This document shows, piece after piece, positions 26,631 through 39,760 of a stretch of 64,000 nt of DNA. The position numbers and the translations under genes are program-made. How positions within the stretch are numbered: position 1 is the first letter of the stretch; the number at the start of each line of letters is the position of its first letter. The notes beneath the pieces are model-generated. The model worked only from the letters and a program-made list of their open reading frames with translations, did no database searches and was not told the DNA's origin. The stretch comes from Lama glama (Eukaryota): NCBI GenBank assembly GCA_028534125.1, contig CM052817.1:7504001-7568000 (forward strand), given 5' to 3'.

Positions 26631-27732
26631 TTTCAAAGTCTCATTTCAGAATTAACATGCGCTTGCTCTTCATTCAGAACACAAAGCAGATGCTTTTAAA
26701 ATTTTTCTTCTGTTTCAGATACAGAGTCTTTTTAAAAATTGTACTTCTGCGTCATGAGTGCCATAACACCATCCTTTTCTGATTCATTATGAATTTTAAG
26801 ACCATCACTGGAAAAATTTTGAGGAATTACACAACTATTAATGAGACTTACAACCAAAGCCAGCATGTGCCAATAACCAGTAATTACCAAAGCCAGCACA
26901 ATGATGAGCATAACCCTTGCTACGTGCAAAAGAATCTCCTCTCAGACACTGATCGTGGTCTCCAGACACAGTTTTTCCCTGGAATATCTCATCTCCTAAA
27001 TAGCTGCCTTCCCAGGAGCCTCCTTGGGAAAACCCCACTGGCTCTCCAAATCTAGTCTACCTAAATTTGCAGTGTCCTCCACCATAGAACAAAGGAACAA
27101 CACTACAACTTTCTTTAGAACATGCTAAGTCTCTTACTGCACCTTGAGAACAGCAGTCAGATCTCATGAGACTATTGCTTGCTCTGAGTTTTTAACTATA
27201 TATATTTTTTAACTATATATATATATATAATACAAACATATAATTTCTATATTGACTATAGCCTTGGTCTCCATGTAAAATGAGAGATGTCAAAGAGCAG
27301 ATAGTATGGGAGATAAAATGATATTAGTTGCCTCAGAAAGCACAGCATAGAGCACAGATAAATATGTAAATCTGGAAGTTGACGAGGTCAAATGGAGCAC
27401 TATTGGCCATCTACAATCTCCATATTCTCGTATGTTAAAAATAGCTGAATTCTTATGTTTAATATCTGGTTTGTTTGTACTACATCCCTCTGTGCAAAAG
27501 AGATGATAACTTCCAGAAAACAGCTGAAGCAAAAATAACAGTCAGTGTGTGTGGTGGGGCAGGGTACACCTGCAGGGATTGTTAGCAGTAATGAGGGAAA
27601 AAAAATTGAGAGTAGTTTGTACAACATAATGAAAAAATACATTTTAATTAATCTGAGTGCTAAGTGCAGCTGAATGACAATTCATTCATATAGTTAATGT
27701 AAAGAATAAATTAAAACTCCAGGTAGAAATAA

Positions 27733-28190
27733 TGTTACTGAGCGAGGGCTCTCTGCCAGACAGTCACAGAAGCCAATACCATGGCATCAGATTTAGAGAA
27801 AAGATAGAGCTTTATTTCAAGGTTGACTGGCAAGGAGACAGGAGGCTAGGATATCAAATCTGTCTCCCTGAACAAGGGCTTGGGGCAAAATTTAAGGACT
27901 TAGAGGAATAAGCTGATGAGCTAGTCTCAAGTCAGTCCCTATATGGTAAGCAGCTTCCGGAAGCTGGATTTTCCATATTGAAGGACTTCCTCACTTGTAA
28001 AGGGCTCCAGGGGCAACACTTCTATTCTTTGGGTTTCCTGGGCTGAAGAGTTTTGGTTCCAGGTCATACTGGAGACTTGAGTCCTATCTTGTACATGCTC
28101 AGTGCTGTCTCTGTAAAATAATTCTAGGTTTGATTGACGAACAACCTGTTTTAAGGAAGCAAAACCAGTTTAAGCTGATCAGTGTTTTTC
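27733..28190 (-). mobile_element. ERV1-class LTR (different family from copies A/B)
   Basis: tgttactgagcgagggctc start, agctttatttcaaggttgactggcaaggagacaggagg...caaatctgtctccc. Confidence 0.65.
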
Positions 28191-29299
28191 CATGCTCTTT
28201 TACTAATGTCTCAGAGAAGCAAATGTGAAAAACGTCACATTCCACACTCATGAAACACTGGAATAAAGTCGTCCAATTCAGCCACTGAGTGGATCTTTCT
28301 AGCTAAAGGTCAATGGTCAGGTTGTCAGGTCTGATCTCAGAATATTGGTGTCTGGACTGGATTTTATCCTCCATGAGACCTCTATCCTGGCAGAGTCTGG
28401 TGTCTGCCCTAGACATCACTCTCACATTGCTTCTTAGAAAGGAGCATGCACCTCAAGTGAATACCAAGACTTGAGGGAACTCAAGAAGAGCTTCCTACCT
28501 GAATCTCTCTCACCTGTTCAGTGCCATTGTGCTTGAATTTCCACCATCATGGTACAGGCTGGGGTCAGGCACCTCCCGTACATATTTGTCAAAAGCCATC
28601 ACAACCAAAGGAACCAACTTCCTTTGTACCTGGTCCCATGATTTATTTAGTTGAAGAGAGGGAAAAGGGATGAGTATTGGGAATGAAGACAAGGTCAGGA
28701 GAGGTGAAGTTTTAGGAAGCAGTTGATGTGAGATCCTATAATAGCAACTAAGAGAAGCAAGCTCTCGTTTCGGCTTCTTTGCCAACTGAGTGACCTTGTA
28801 CAAGGTCACCTTTTCTGTTTTCTTTTTCTCATACATGAAATGAGACTAATAATAACCACCCAGCTCATCTCTTAAGATGCTGCATAAGCAGCCCCACAGG
28901 AATCTTCCAAAGGTAACAATTTATGGTGACCAGAATAGCTCCGGTCAAGGTGCAGTTCTCACTCCCCGGAGATGCTTCCAGTACAAAAATAGACATGAGA
29001 CAGAGGAGCAAATGGAGAATAGAAGGCATAAACTTTTGAAATACCAAAGCAGCTTAGACCAATAAGAACATACTGACCAGCTTCAGTGCCCCCTCCTAGT
29101 ACGTTGTGGAAATCAGAAGTAAGATGCAATTCCTGCCTGCGAAAAGCACTAAACACTAAAATGTTAGTACCCAGCATTTAGCAAGGATTGGCTCATCACA
29201 GAAACCATGCTATATACTTTATCTCCTGCAGTTCTCACCATTGCCTTCGGATGTTGATAATATCTCCAAACATAATCAACTGTATAAAGAAATTCTATT

Positions 29300-29720
29300 A
29301 GTGGTTCCCAAACATGGACATGGATTCAATCACTTGGAGAAACTGTTGTGAAAGTACGTGAGATGGTCGTACCCCCAAGGGTTCTGATTCAGCATGTCTT
29401 CAACAGAGCTTGGGAACGTGCACTTCTAGCGAAGTCTCAGGGTAATCTGAAGCGGGTGGAATGATGACCGCTAGCACAGAAGTACTTCCAGGCATTGCTG
29501 AATATGAGCTACCGGGGGGCATGGAGATCCTGGGGCTGTAACGCCCTCCACCCCACCAAAACCTCTGATTGCCAGCACCGCTTGAAACACTTGTTAAAAA
29601 TATAGGACCCTAAGTTTATCCTTTGGAGATTCTGATGCAATTAACCTGAGGACAAGCTCAAGAATCTGATTTTTTTTTTTACGAGCAATTGTCATCCCAA
29701 GTGACTCCCGAGTGACCCTT
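29300..29720. mobile_element. MER5A/MER5B-like hAT fragments
   Basis: agtggttccccaaac...gttctgattcagca; ggagattctgatgcaattaacctgagg. Confidence 0.65.
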
Positions 29721-30859
29721 ATGGTCAGGAAGATTTGTAGTAGTTTAAGTGAATTGTCTGTGATTACCTAGTAACATCCTATCAGAAGGAGAGCTGAATC
29801 CCAGTTTCCCAGGCTCCCAGGCCAGAGTTCTTCCAATGCATTATCTCCTTCAAAGAAATATTGATGGGCTCAGCCTAGGTTATTGGACTGCCCAAATTTG
29901 GAAACGGGTAAGAGGCACATGGAGTCCCTTTCTGCAGCTCTTTCAGGTGTCCTCAGCTCATTCTCAGAACCGCGATTAGGGTGTATCGTTCAAATCACAT
30001 CACAGAGCACTTCTGGCAGGGAAATTGTCGGACTGAACCGCTGCGTGTCAAGCCTGACGAGGGGTAAAAACAAATCCGTGGAAACTGTTGTCACAGTCAC
30101 CAAAACTGCTTAGCCAGCTGCAGGAAGCAAACAAACCCACTGAAACATTAACTCAGGCAGAAGGTTCCAGCTCATTGAAAGCAGGCTCATTTGTTTTCCC
30201 ATTACGGCTCACCAGCATCTACCTGGGCTGTGTTTGCAGGGTTCAGGCAGTGTCATGACAGAGCTGGAGAAGGCTGATGGATTTATGACACATTGCCTTG
30301 ATGACATATTTACCAAGCCTGGTTTGCAGGATTCCAGGGGCAGGAGGCTGGGAGCTGGAAAAGGAGAGACCTACTGGAAATTGAGCCTCCTGGGAAGTTT
30401 ACAGGTCGAGAGCTACTGATGAGAGAAGTCCCTGCTGACGTGCATGGTCAGGAAGAAGCACCTCTGATGGACAGGTTTCAGAGGATGGGAAGCGCTCTCC
30501 GGGTCAGGAGAAGGGGGTGCACCTTCTCACTCTGGTGCTTCCTGCCTGTATAACTATGAGGAAGTCCTCTGAGCCTCAGTTTTCACATTAGAACAAATAG
30601 GGTTAAACCTGTTCCAACTCATAAATTGTTGGGCCACATCACATCATAGAATTAAAAAGATATATTGTTGCACGTTCTAGTATTAGAAATATTCTTTATA
30701 CATTGTAGAAGTTAAGAGTAGGCTATTTTTGAGAAATAATTTCCTTACTTCTGTTTTTGGTGTTTTTTTCTTTTTTTTTCATCTGAAGCATAGAAAACCA
30801 CATAGTACTAAGAAAGATATTTTGTTTTTGACTGATTTATGTTTTTTGTCAGATAGAAG

Positions 30860-31060
30860 GGCAAGGAAGAAGGCAAATATAAACCATTGAGCAAATACTA
30901 TGCTGACAGCTTTATGTAATTTTTCACATTCAGTGTTCCAGAACATCAGCAAGTTAACGATTATTACGACGACTTTATGGATGAAGAAACTGACATTCAG
31001 AAATATTAAATGCTTTGCCTAAAAATCACACAGCTTTTTAGAAGAAGAGCCAGCGTTTGA
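30860..31060 (-). mobile_element. MIR
   Basis: ttgagcaaatactatg...gatgaagaaactgac...atcacacagct. Confidence 0.7.
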
Positions 31061-31329
31061 TCAGTGCCTGGGACATAGCAGGTGTCCAACAAATTTTATA
31101 TACAAAAAGAAGGAATGAATGTCTCTAAAACCAAAAAAATTTTTTTTTGCCTACAGTAGTGCACATTTGTACAACAGCCTGTAAGCACCCAAGTTTTTAT
31201 TTGTGCTCATTTACTCATTCAGCAGGCTCCCTTTTCACATCTGCTACGTGTAAGTCTCTGTTGGAAATACAAAGATAAGTCAGACAAAATTCCTTTCCTT
31301 GAGAGTTTGATAGTTAATAGAAGAAAGCA

Positions 31330-31848
31330 TGTTACCAAGTCCAAACTCTTTCTGCTTACTACACGACGGGCCAGTAAATCAGGAGACGAGGTGTTGAGGC
31401 AAGGAATAACGACTTTATTTGGAAAGTTGACAGACTGAGAGGATCGGGGACTAATGTCCTGGAAAACCAACTTACCCAAGTCAGAATTAAGGCTCCTTTT
31501 ATAGTAAAAGGGGAAGAGGTTAGGTCAGTTGTTGCAAACTTCTTGGTATCGAAATCCTTTGTTCTTGCAGCTGTCCACCTAGGTCAGGTCTTAATTTTCC
31601 CGTAAACCTCCAACGAGACAAATACTGTTCTCTGTTCTGCAACTTTTTATCTCTGTATGAACGGAAAACTGTTGTATCTTTAAAGATCAGAGCCTTGAGA
31701 ATGGGCTCTCCTGTGTATTTCAGGCTCTGGGCAACATTCTTTTACAAAAGGCGCAGAACCAGCACGACTAAGCCCAGGAAACAGAGCGCAGGGTTAGAGC
31801 CAAAGGAACAGATCTACTATGGAGTCAGACGTGTCCTTCCTTATTAAA
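31330..31848 (-). mobile_element. ERV1-class solo LTR, copy B (same family as 18718-19235), inserted in an L2
   Basis: Colinear with copy A over its whole length (e.g. gttgttgcaaacttcttgg, gtaaacctccaac, ctctgttctgcaactttttatctct, cagggttagagccaaagg); flanks AGCA / AGTG. Confidence 0.9.
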
Positions 31849-33544
31849 AGTGGACAAGTGCAGAAGTTACTATAGCACAAGCCGGAATGTGCTGAGCAAA
31901 TGGAAACTTCCAGAAAAGAGAGAGAAAAAGAAACTTGGGCAGACACACATCAGCTGGGTCTGCAGGGGTGTTTAGAACCTGGCTGCGGGGTCGTGGGAAG
32001 AGGACCATATGGGCACCAGGAACCATCTGAACACGGGCAGCACTTAATGCATGTCCAGGGGAAGGGGTCGTTTAAAGGATTGGTGGGCGGCAAGTTTGGT
32101 GCAGTGGATAGAATAAACCCACAGTTTTCTGCATCCATTTGGTGGCCGCAGCCTCTGTACAGCACCCCTAGCTGCCCTCACCTTAGAGAGCCCCTCAGTA
32201 TGTCTGCAGCAGGTATCCTCCGCTGTGCTAGGTGTCAGGGGGAAGCCAAAATGAGTCTGCAAAGTCTTCGCTCTTCAAGAGCATTCATAGGTGACCAGAA
32301 CTCCATTTCATGACCTCACGATATTCAGATAAAAACATCTGATTTCCACTTCTGGCTGGAATTCCCAAGATGTCTGTGCTGCCTTTTTACATGACAGAAA
32401 TTAGTAGGAGCTGAAACTCAAAGTTCCAATATAAAGACACAAAGACAACGGTTCAGTATGCTGCTACACATTTTGGGGGCTGTCACCCTCATTTTATTAT
32501 AAGATGTGTGTAGGAAAGGTGAAAATGCAGTAATGGCAGTGATAGACTTGGAGAAGCCAAAATTAAAATTCACCTCCGAAAAAATATTCATTTCCTGCCT
32601 TAGATTTGTGCAAACATTAATGACAAGACTATCACATTACGCAGGAATATGATTAGCATAACTCTGCCTAATGAATTAATTCCTTCTGTGAAACTAAAGG
32701 TAAAAGTGTTTTTCTTCCTCCTTAATCCTCTCTAATAGATGCAGATTTGCTAATAGAGGTTATTTTTTCTACATTGTGATGCATTTATGAGGTAGATTCT
32801 CACCTTATGCATAGATGGGTGAATAGCAAATATACTTAATTACGGTCTGTGCAAATATGCACCTTCCTTTTTCAGAACCAGAAAGAGCAAAAATTATTTT
32901 TTTCAGTTTATTCTTAGGAAATTTACGGTCACATTAGAACGACCAGTTTCTCTGAGATGCTTGATCCAAAGAAATCATTTCTTTCCTATGCCTTCATGGG
33001 TCTAAGAAAATAGAAAGCATTTTACTTTGCTTTTAAAAGTGCAAAATAGCACAAATATTTTGGAAAGCAATCTGTCAGCATGCATCAAGAAATGTTAATA
33101 TGTTTAATCTTTGATTTCAGGAATTTCATCTCTGGAATGTGTCTTAAGGAAATAATCCTAAATATAGAAATGGTAATGTGTAGACCCAGTACCTTGTTAG
33201 CTATAGTGATAAAAAAAAATCAGAAAACACTAATATGTTCAACAGTAAAGGAGCAGCTAAATAAACCCTGGTGTTACCTTTGATGGAAGAGTATACATAT
33301 ATTTTTACATGACGTTTTCAAAACTTATAAAATTTGTAGTAACTTGGAAATTCTCATGGTATGTTAATTATGACAGTGAGGTCAGCTGACATTTATTGAT
33401 CACTACGTGTAAGGCCAGTGCTTTACATGCAATATTGAACCCTCACAAGATCCCAGTAAGGTGAGCACCACTGTTATCCCACATGCCACATCATGAAGGG
33501 TTGGAGGTACCTGTCCGTGATCACACAGCTAATTATTTTTGCAA

Positions 33545-34143
33545 CTGGATTCTGTGCCATGCTGAGTCCCCAAGGCCACACTTAAGTCAACAGTTGGCTA
33601 CAAAGACCCACAGAGCTCTAAAAAGCTGTTATAATCACAGTTATAGTTTATTGTTGCAAAAGGATAGAGATAAAATCAGCAGAGCAAATAGAACAGAGGG
33701 TCCAGGCATAATCAGCCGTCCAGGCGTCCTCTCCCAGTGGAGAAGCACAGACAGCATTTAATGCTCGCTGCAAGCACGTGTGCCAGTGTGGGGAGAGTAT
33801 TGCCAGCCAGGAAGGCTCACCTGAGCCTTGGTGTCCAGGGTTTCTGTCGGTGGTCAGTCACACCGGCATGGACACCCATTTGACTAACCTTAGTTTCTCA
33901 GTCTCCAATTTCTCCAGTTATCAAACTGATACCGCTTGGCCCTAGTCCCCCACCACAAATAACATGGTTAGCGTAAACTACCTGGAGTAGCCCACGGCCC
34001 CGGGGATAAGAAGACGCTTTTATCAGGCAGGATTCTCCAAGGGCTTAGAAGTTACCTTAAAGGAGCCTGTTAAGGGCCAGTCTTGTCTTTGGAATGTGCA
34101 GTGTTTGAACATTCCAGATGCTGAGTTAACCTCTCCCTGTGCA
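33545..34143 (-). mobile_element. MER77-like LTR inserted next to/in a MIR (~33385-33530)
   Basis: ttatcaggcaggattctccaagggcttagaagttacc...tctttggaatgtgcag...gctgagttaac. Confidence 0.75.
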
Positions 34144-35056
34144 AATATTCATTAGACAGAATCCAGAGCTTGAATGCATAGTTCTTGTGAATTTTGCCAA
34201 ACAACAATCCACAGTCATTTGCTGAGTACTTTCTGTGGTCTGAGACCTGAACCGTAACTGAGGTAATGAAGTTGAAAAAGACATGGTCCCTGCCTGTGGT
34301 AAGGGGCAAACTCTGCAAGTCGTGTGCAAAGGTGGAGCTACATACACAGTGAGGTAGGAGGGCAACACTGAGGAGTGAAAGACTAAGGACTCCCTTTGAA
34401 GAGAAGAGCTGAAACAAAAATTAATTTGTTAGTAAGAGTCAGAAAAGTTTCTCTGGAGGGTTGTGAGAATTCAGCGGTGAAGAATGATTTGCGTATTATT
34501 TCTGCCAACTGCACGAGACTCTACACTTACCTCAAAATAAAAAGGTTAATAAAAAAAAAGTGGGTGGTGTTGACTGGAGCAAAGAATGAAAAGAGAAAAG
34601 AGGCTAAAAGTAAAACTAGATGAGAAAATAAGGGCAAATCATTAAGGGACTTTGTGTTTCTAAGAAATTTAATGCTTATCTTAAAAGACACAGGCAGTGA
34701 TTGAACTATGTAAAGCCCTGAGAAAGACGGTCAGATTTTCACTTCATTAAAACATGCCTAGCAACAGCGTAGACCTTGGGCTGGCAAAGTCTTGATGGGA
34801 TAGAGGCAGACCAGGTAGGGGGTGACTGAATAAATTCCCATGGGGCAAAAAATGAATGTCTACACTAAGACAGTGGTTGTCACAGTAGAAAAAAAGGACA
34901 TGATGGTGAGAGGTATCAAGGGAATAGGACTGAGTGGAAAATTGGTTATGGAAGCCTTACTCCTTGGCTTTGTCTTGGGGCCAAGTAAATAATGCTATTA
35001 TTCCATTGGATACACAGTGTAGAAAGGGAGCTGTTTGGGAACTATGAATGGGGCAA

Positions 35057-36981
35057 TGTTATATATTCAGCAAATCTGTTTACTTTCCTCCCAGTCCCAT
35101 AGGAAGACTATATTGTAGACTTATGTATTTGAGTTGTAGCTAATGGGATAGGGGTATAAATGATGTCTGTCACTTCCAGTCCCGGCCCTTAAAATCTCCC
35201 ACATGAACCTTCATGTTTCCTTCCTTTGGCTGCCCGGTGGTGGCCTCCAGGGTGATTGTGGAGCCACAGAATGGAAGTAGCCTGAGACTGTGAGTCATTG
35301 CTGAAAGAAGAACTACCATGCACACATTAGACCATCGTGTGAGTGACGGGTAGTCCTCTGCAATATTAAGCCAGTGAGATCTGGTGTTGTTTCTCACAGA
35401 AGTTAGCCTGTCCTGACTAAATCAGAAAGTGGTACCTCAAAGTAGAGAGTTGCTGTAAAACAAACAAGCAAACAACAGAAACAAAACAAAGTAAACTTAA
35501 TTTCAGCATCATTAACCTTAGTTGATTGGCAGGTAACAGGGTGGTCACTGGATGGTTGGAGATCCAGGCTATATGGTAGCCAATCAGTTGGTAAAATTGT
35601 AGGAATTATTTGGAAGGCAGATCATGCTCCTCTTGAGCTGAAAAAGAGTCTGTAAACAGATTTTACTAGTGCATATTCGTTGGTATTACGTGCATTCGGC
35701 AAGTATTAAATAAAAGGGAAAAAATAGCTCAGGAAAGAAATGGCTGGTTGGCAAGCAGGAAAGAATTAGAATGCCAAAGTCCAGAAATTCAGGGTTGTCT
35801 AGGGGTGGAAAAGCTAAGTATTCCTAGGTCCCAAGGGTAAAAGATGTAATTTTTAAAAGCTTTGTGTGAAAGACCCAGTATAGCTTCTCCACTGAATGTA
35901 AGAACTCAGCCCCGTGGCAAAGACAAGAATAAGGACATAGACTTCCCAGATATTGTTTCAGGATACCTCAGGACAGGAGTTACCCTTCACTAGAAAAAGA
36001 AGGAAGCCTGACAGCAAAGAAGCAATGAAATAAATCAGACTTGAGAATCATGGTTTATGAAAGGACCTTGGGTATGGTAATGACCACATGAGACTGACTA
36101 ATAAGAAATAAATCAGAAGCTTGCAAAATTTGTAAGGAAAATGATTTTCCAAAGAAAATATGAAACTGGAATAAAAATAGTAATAGGAGGGGGTACAAAG
36201 GCTTTTTCAAGGCTCAGCCCTACAATTACCAATCTTCCATAAGCAGGATTGAAGCTAAAAATGCAGTACAGGAAGGAAATACTCCCCTTACCCCTTCAGA
36301 TGTGGCCAAGGGAGGTTATACACATGAAGGAACCCCCCAAAACTGGAACCAGTGACCTTAGAGCATAAAGGGCAGGAAAGCTTCTACTTAAGAGCAGAAC
36401 AGAGGCCCCAGGTTAGAACTCCTCCCCTCCCTTAAGGTAGAAAACGTTCAAAATTCCTATTCTGCAAGCATTGGACACGAATTACTGTGGTCCAGGAGCT
36501 CCTTTTCCCTTGCCCAAATGGAAGTTTTATTGCAGTTATCCTGCCTCATTCTCTATGAAAGTTGTATTTTCATTCATGGGTCTCTGAATCACAAAGAAGA
36601 GTATTTGATCTGATGGAGAAGACTATATATTATCCATAGACCTGGGCTTTGGGATGGATGCAGTGTCTAAATGGGGCTCTGAGTTTTCTCCCTTAGGGAA
36701 AAGATCAAGTTTGTTCTATGTTTGGTGAGAAAGGATCAAGGCCCTAAAAACTCCCAAGTGATCTCCATGCTTCCTTCTTCTTTTTGCAGCCAACATGAAT
36801 TAAGAAGGAGTTGGAAGCCACCTGTGAAAGATAGTAGAGCCTAGAATGAAAAGAGCCTGGGTCCCTGAGTGCCTGCATGGCGTGCTGCCCCCCACCCCAG
36901 GACCACACTGCACAGGGTAAGCAATAAACTTCCCAGGACTTGCCTGTTATAGCAGCTAGCAGGATTTATTCTGACTAGCAT
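35057..36981 (+). mobile_element. MLT1J-like MaLR element: LTR + internal + partial second LTR, within L2
   Basis: 5' LTR ends ctgactaaatca (~35423) followed by gaaagtggtacc internal start; second LTR-like segment ~36740-36981; L2-like sequence on both sides. Confidence 0.7.
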
Positions 36982-37109
36982 AAAGGGAAAACTATGAATT
37001 CAGTTTTGAACATGATGAGTTAGAGATGCCTATAAAACACTGAAGCTGAGATATTAATAAGGCAATTATACTGACTTGTGTGTATGTGTATACCATCTAG
37101 GAAACCTGT

Positions 37110-37790
37110 CTAAGGAGACTACTAACTCACTACTACTTCCTCCATTGAGACATGAAGTCTAATTCCTTTGGATTTGGGATAGATCTAGTAAACTGATTGA
37201 CAAATCAATGTGGCATGTGAAGCTAGGTCATAAAAAATTTCACAGCTTCTGTCTGGGCTCTTATAGCAATGGTTCCAAGAGCTTTGAGTGGCCATATAAA
37301 ATGTCTAAATACCCAGAGACCACCATGCTGAGCAGCCACAGGTAGGTGCTCTGATTGACAGTCCCAGTGGAATCTTCTGGCTATTTTCACAAAGGTGCTA
37401 GACATATACCAACCTTCTTAGATCCTCCAGACCAGCCCATCACCAGCTGAATACTGACCACTGTCAACGGAGTTAGTATGTTAATGAACTGGCCCTCTGG
37501 TAAAAATTGTTTTAAAAGATTCCAGTGTTTGCTGCTTTTTGTGGCATATATAACCGTACCATGGCCAGTTCTAAGCTATTAAATGTTTAGCCACAGAGCT
37601 CACAAAATTCCTGAATATTTAGCAATTGACAGATGCAAGCCAGCTCCAGCACATCATAGAAGAATCTCCTAGCTGAGCGTTGTTTGAATTCCTGAACCAC
37701 AGCACCATAAAATATAATAAAATGCATGTTGTTTTAAGGCACTAAGTTTTGAGTCATTTGTATACAGCAAAAGATAATCGAAATAAAATA
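37110..37790 (+). mobile_element. MLT1G-like LTR with nested MER63B-like MITE (~37470-37658)
   Basis: acccagagaccaccatgctg, ccagaccagcccatcaccagctgaatac, gttgttttaaggcactaagttttg; MITE gctcacaaaattcctgaatatttagcaattg...ccagctccagcacatc. Confidence 0.75.
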
Positions 37791-38719
37791 TATGGCAGTA
37801 TATTGAATAAGACTATCCTATTGTCCCCAAGTCAGGGATGAGGAGCCAAACCTGAGGACAAAGATGTATAAAGTGCTTACAGATTCTAAAAACAGTTGCA
37901 AACATTTGGGGGAGAAACTTTCTTCAAGGCAATGAAAAGCCAGCACCTCAGTTATCATCTAACTTATTGTATCTCCATCTATACAAGAAGATGGCCACGG
38001 GGAGAAAAAGGGTCAGGGGAAGTTTTGTGAGTGTGATGTTCCCTGTGCCCCCCACCTCCCCAGAGTCCTAGGTCTAAATTCTCTACCCTAATCCAAATGG
38101 TCCAGAGACCAGGGGAAGCCTAGTATCTATGTCACTCATTGGATATCTGCTTTTAGGCAGCAGACTCTGCTCTGCTCCTACCTCTGCAGGTAGGAAGAGA
38201 ATTGGAATGAGATAGGACAATTACATCATCCATTTACTTTGTCATACGAACAGTGCTTGTAACTTCAGAGAGAACCATCATGAGAGAGCAGAGGGGGCAG
38301 GAAACCTATTGCAGTTTGTTAAGAAGAGAGTGAGGGTTTCACTCTGGCGGTAGGTCCCTTTGGGAAGGACTAATAGGCTGGATCCAGGATTAGACCCGAG
38401 CTTACTGATTTGGGGCCACTCAGGATGCAGGAAGACAGAGATCTCACTGGAAGTGGAAAGCAGAGAGAGCCTAATGAAGGGACTACCTACAAGGGTGCTG
38501 CTGGGGCCAAGGAAGCCAGCACAGGATAAGGAAGCGCCCAAGGGTGAGCAACAGTAAAGAAAGAAAGAACTACTGCCAGAACCCGACAAAAGTGTAATCA
38601 TCAAGGAGCTGTGGCCTTAAATGGAGGAATGCAGCCACTGATGAGAATAAGAAGGGGCTCTGAGACTTCTCTGAGGAAGTCACTGTGGAGGTCTTCCGGG
38701 ACACTCAGAGGGCATTTCT

Positions 38720-39012
38720 AGCTCTGCCTTCCAAGCAAATAGTAGGGCCCCTGTTCTTGACGCCCACGTGGTTGGCTGGGACCATGTCATTACTTCCAGT
38801 CAATGAGTTGTGAATGGACACAGGTGAGCGACTTCCAGTCACAGGACTGAATGATGGTTCCAGGTGCTCACTGAGCACTTTCCTTCTGCGTAGGGACCAG
38901 ACACCTCCCAGTTCATAGCTCCCTTTAATGGGCATGAAGCACGAACAAGAAGTAAGGCTTTAAGTCACTAAGACTTCTTGACCATAGTGTAACCTACACT
39001 GTCATGACTGAT
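38720..39012 (+). mobile_element. MLT1I-like LTR (preceded by a possible ERVL LTR fragment ~38330-38690)
   Basis: gtggttggctgggaccatgtcattacttccagtcaatgagttgtga...gtaacctacactgtcatgactgata. Confidence 0.6.
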
Positions 39013-39124
39013 AGAGAAATGGTTAAACTGAGATTTGAGGGACGGGAATGAGCTATGGGATGGATTCTACCAACTCAGTGATTGTGAGTAACTCAATGAT
39101 GTTAAGAGGGAAACCATTTTTTTT

Positions 39125-39624
39125 NNNNNNNNNNNNNNNNNNNNNNNNNNNNNNNNNNNNNNNNNNNNNNNNNNNNNNNNNNNNNNNNNNNNNNNNNNNN
39201 NNNNNNNNNNNNNNNNNNNNNNNNNNNNNNNNNNNNNNNNNNNNNNNNNNNNNNNNNNNNNNNNNNNNNNNNNNNNNNNNNNNNNNNNNNNNNNNNNNNN
39301 NNNNNNNNNNNNNNNNNNNNNNNNNNNNNNNNNNNNNNNNNNNNNNNNNNNNNNNNNNNNNNNNNNNNNNNNNNNNNNNNNNNNNNNNNNNNNNNNNNNN
39401 NNNNNNNNNNNNNNNNNNNNNNNNNNNNNNNNNNNNNNNNNNNNNNNNNNNNNNNNNNNNNNNNNNNNNNNNNNNNNNNNNNNNNNNNNNNNNNNNNNNN
39501 NNNNNNNNNNNNNNNNNNNNNNNNNNNNNNNNNNNNNNNNNNNNNNNNNNNNNNNNNNNNNNNNNNNNNNNNNNNNNNNNNNNNNNNNNNNNNNNNNNNN
39601 NNNNNNNNNNNNNNNNNNNNNNNN
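39125..39624. other. Assembly gap (500 N)
   Basis: Run of N. Confidence 1.
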
Positions 39625-39760
39625 TCTCCACAGCCTCTCCAGCATTTGTCATTTTTGGATTTTTGAATGACAGCCATTCTGACCGGTGTGAGGTGATACC
39701 TCATTGTAGTTTTGATTTGCATTTCTCTGATAATTAGTGATATTGAACATTTTTTCATTT
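39625..39760 (-). mobile_element. Young L1 ORF2 fragment right of the gap (poly-T begins left of the gap at ~39117)
   Basis: [42 protein letters not shown], close to the 26.1-26.5 kb copy. Confidence 0.95.

Noticed and set aside
18718..31848. Full-length provirus bounded by the two similar LTRs
   Set aside because: Each LTR has its own TSD and the interval holds older MIR/L2/MLT/L1 repeats, with no gag/pol seen
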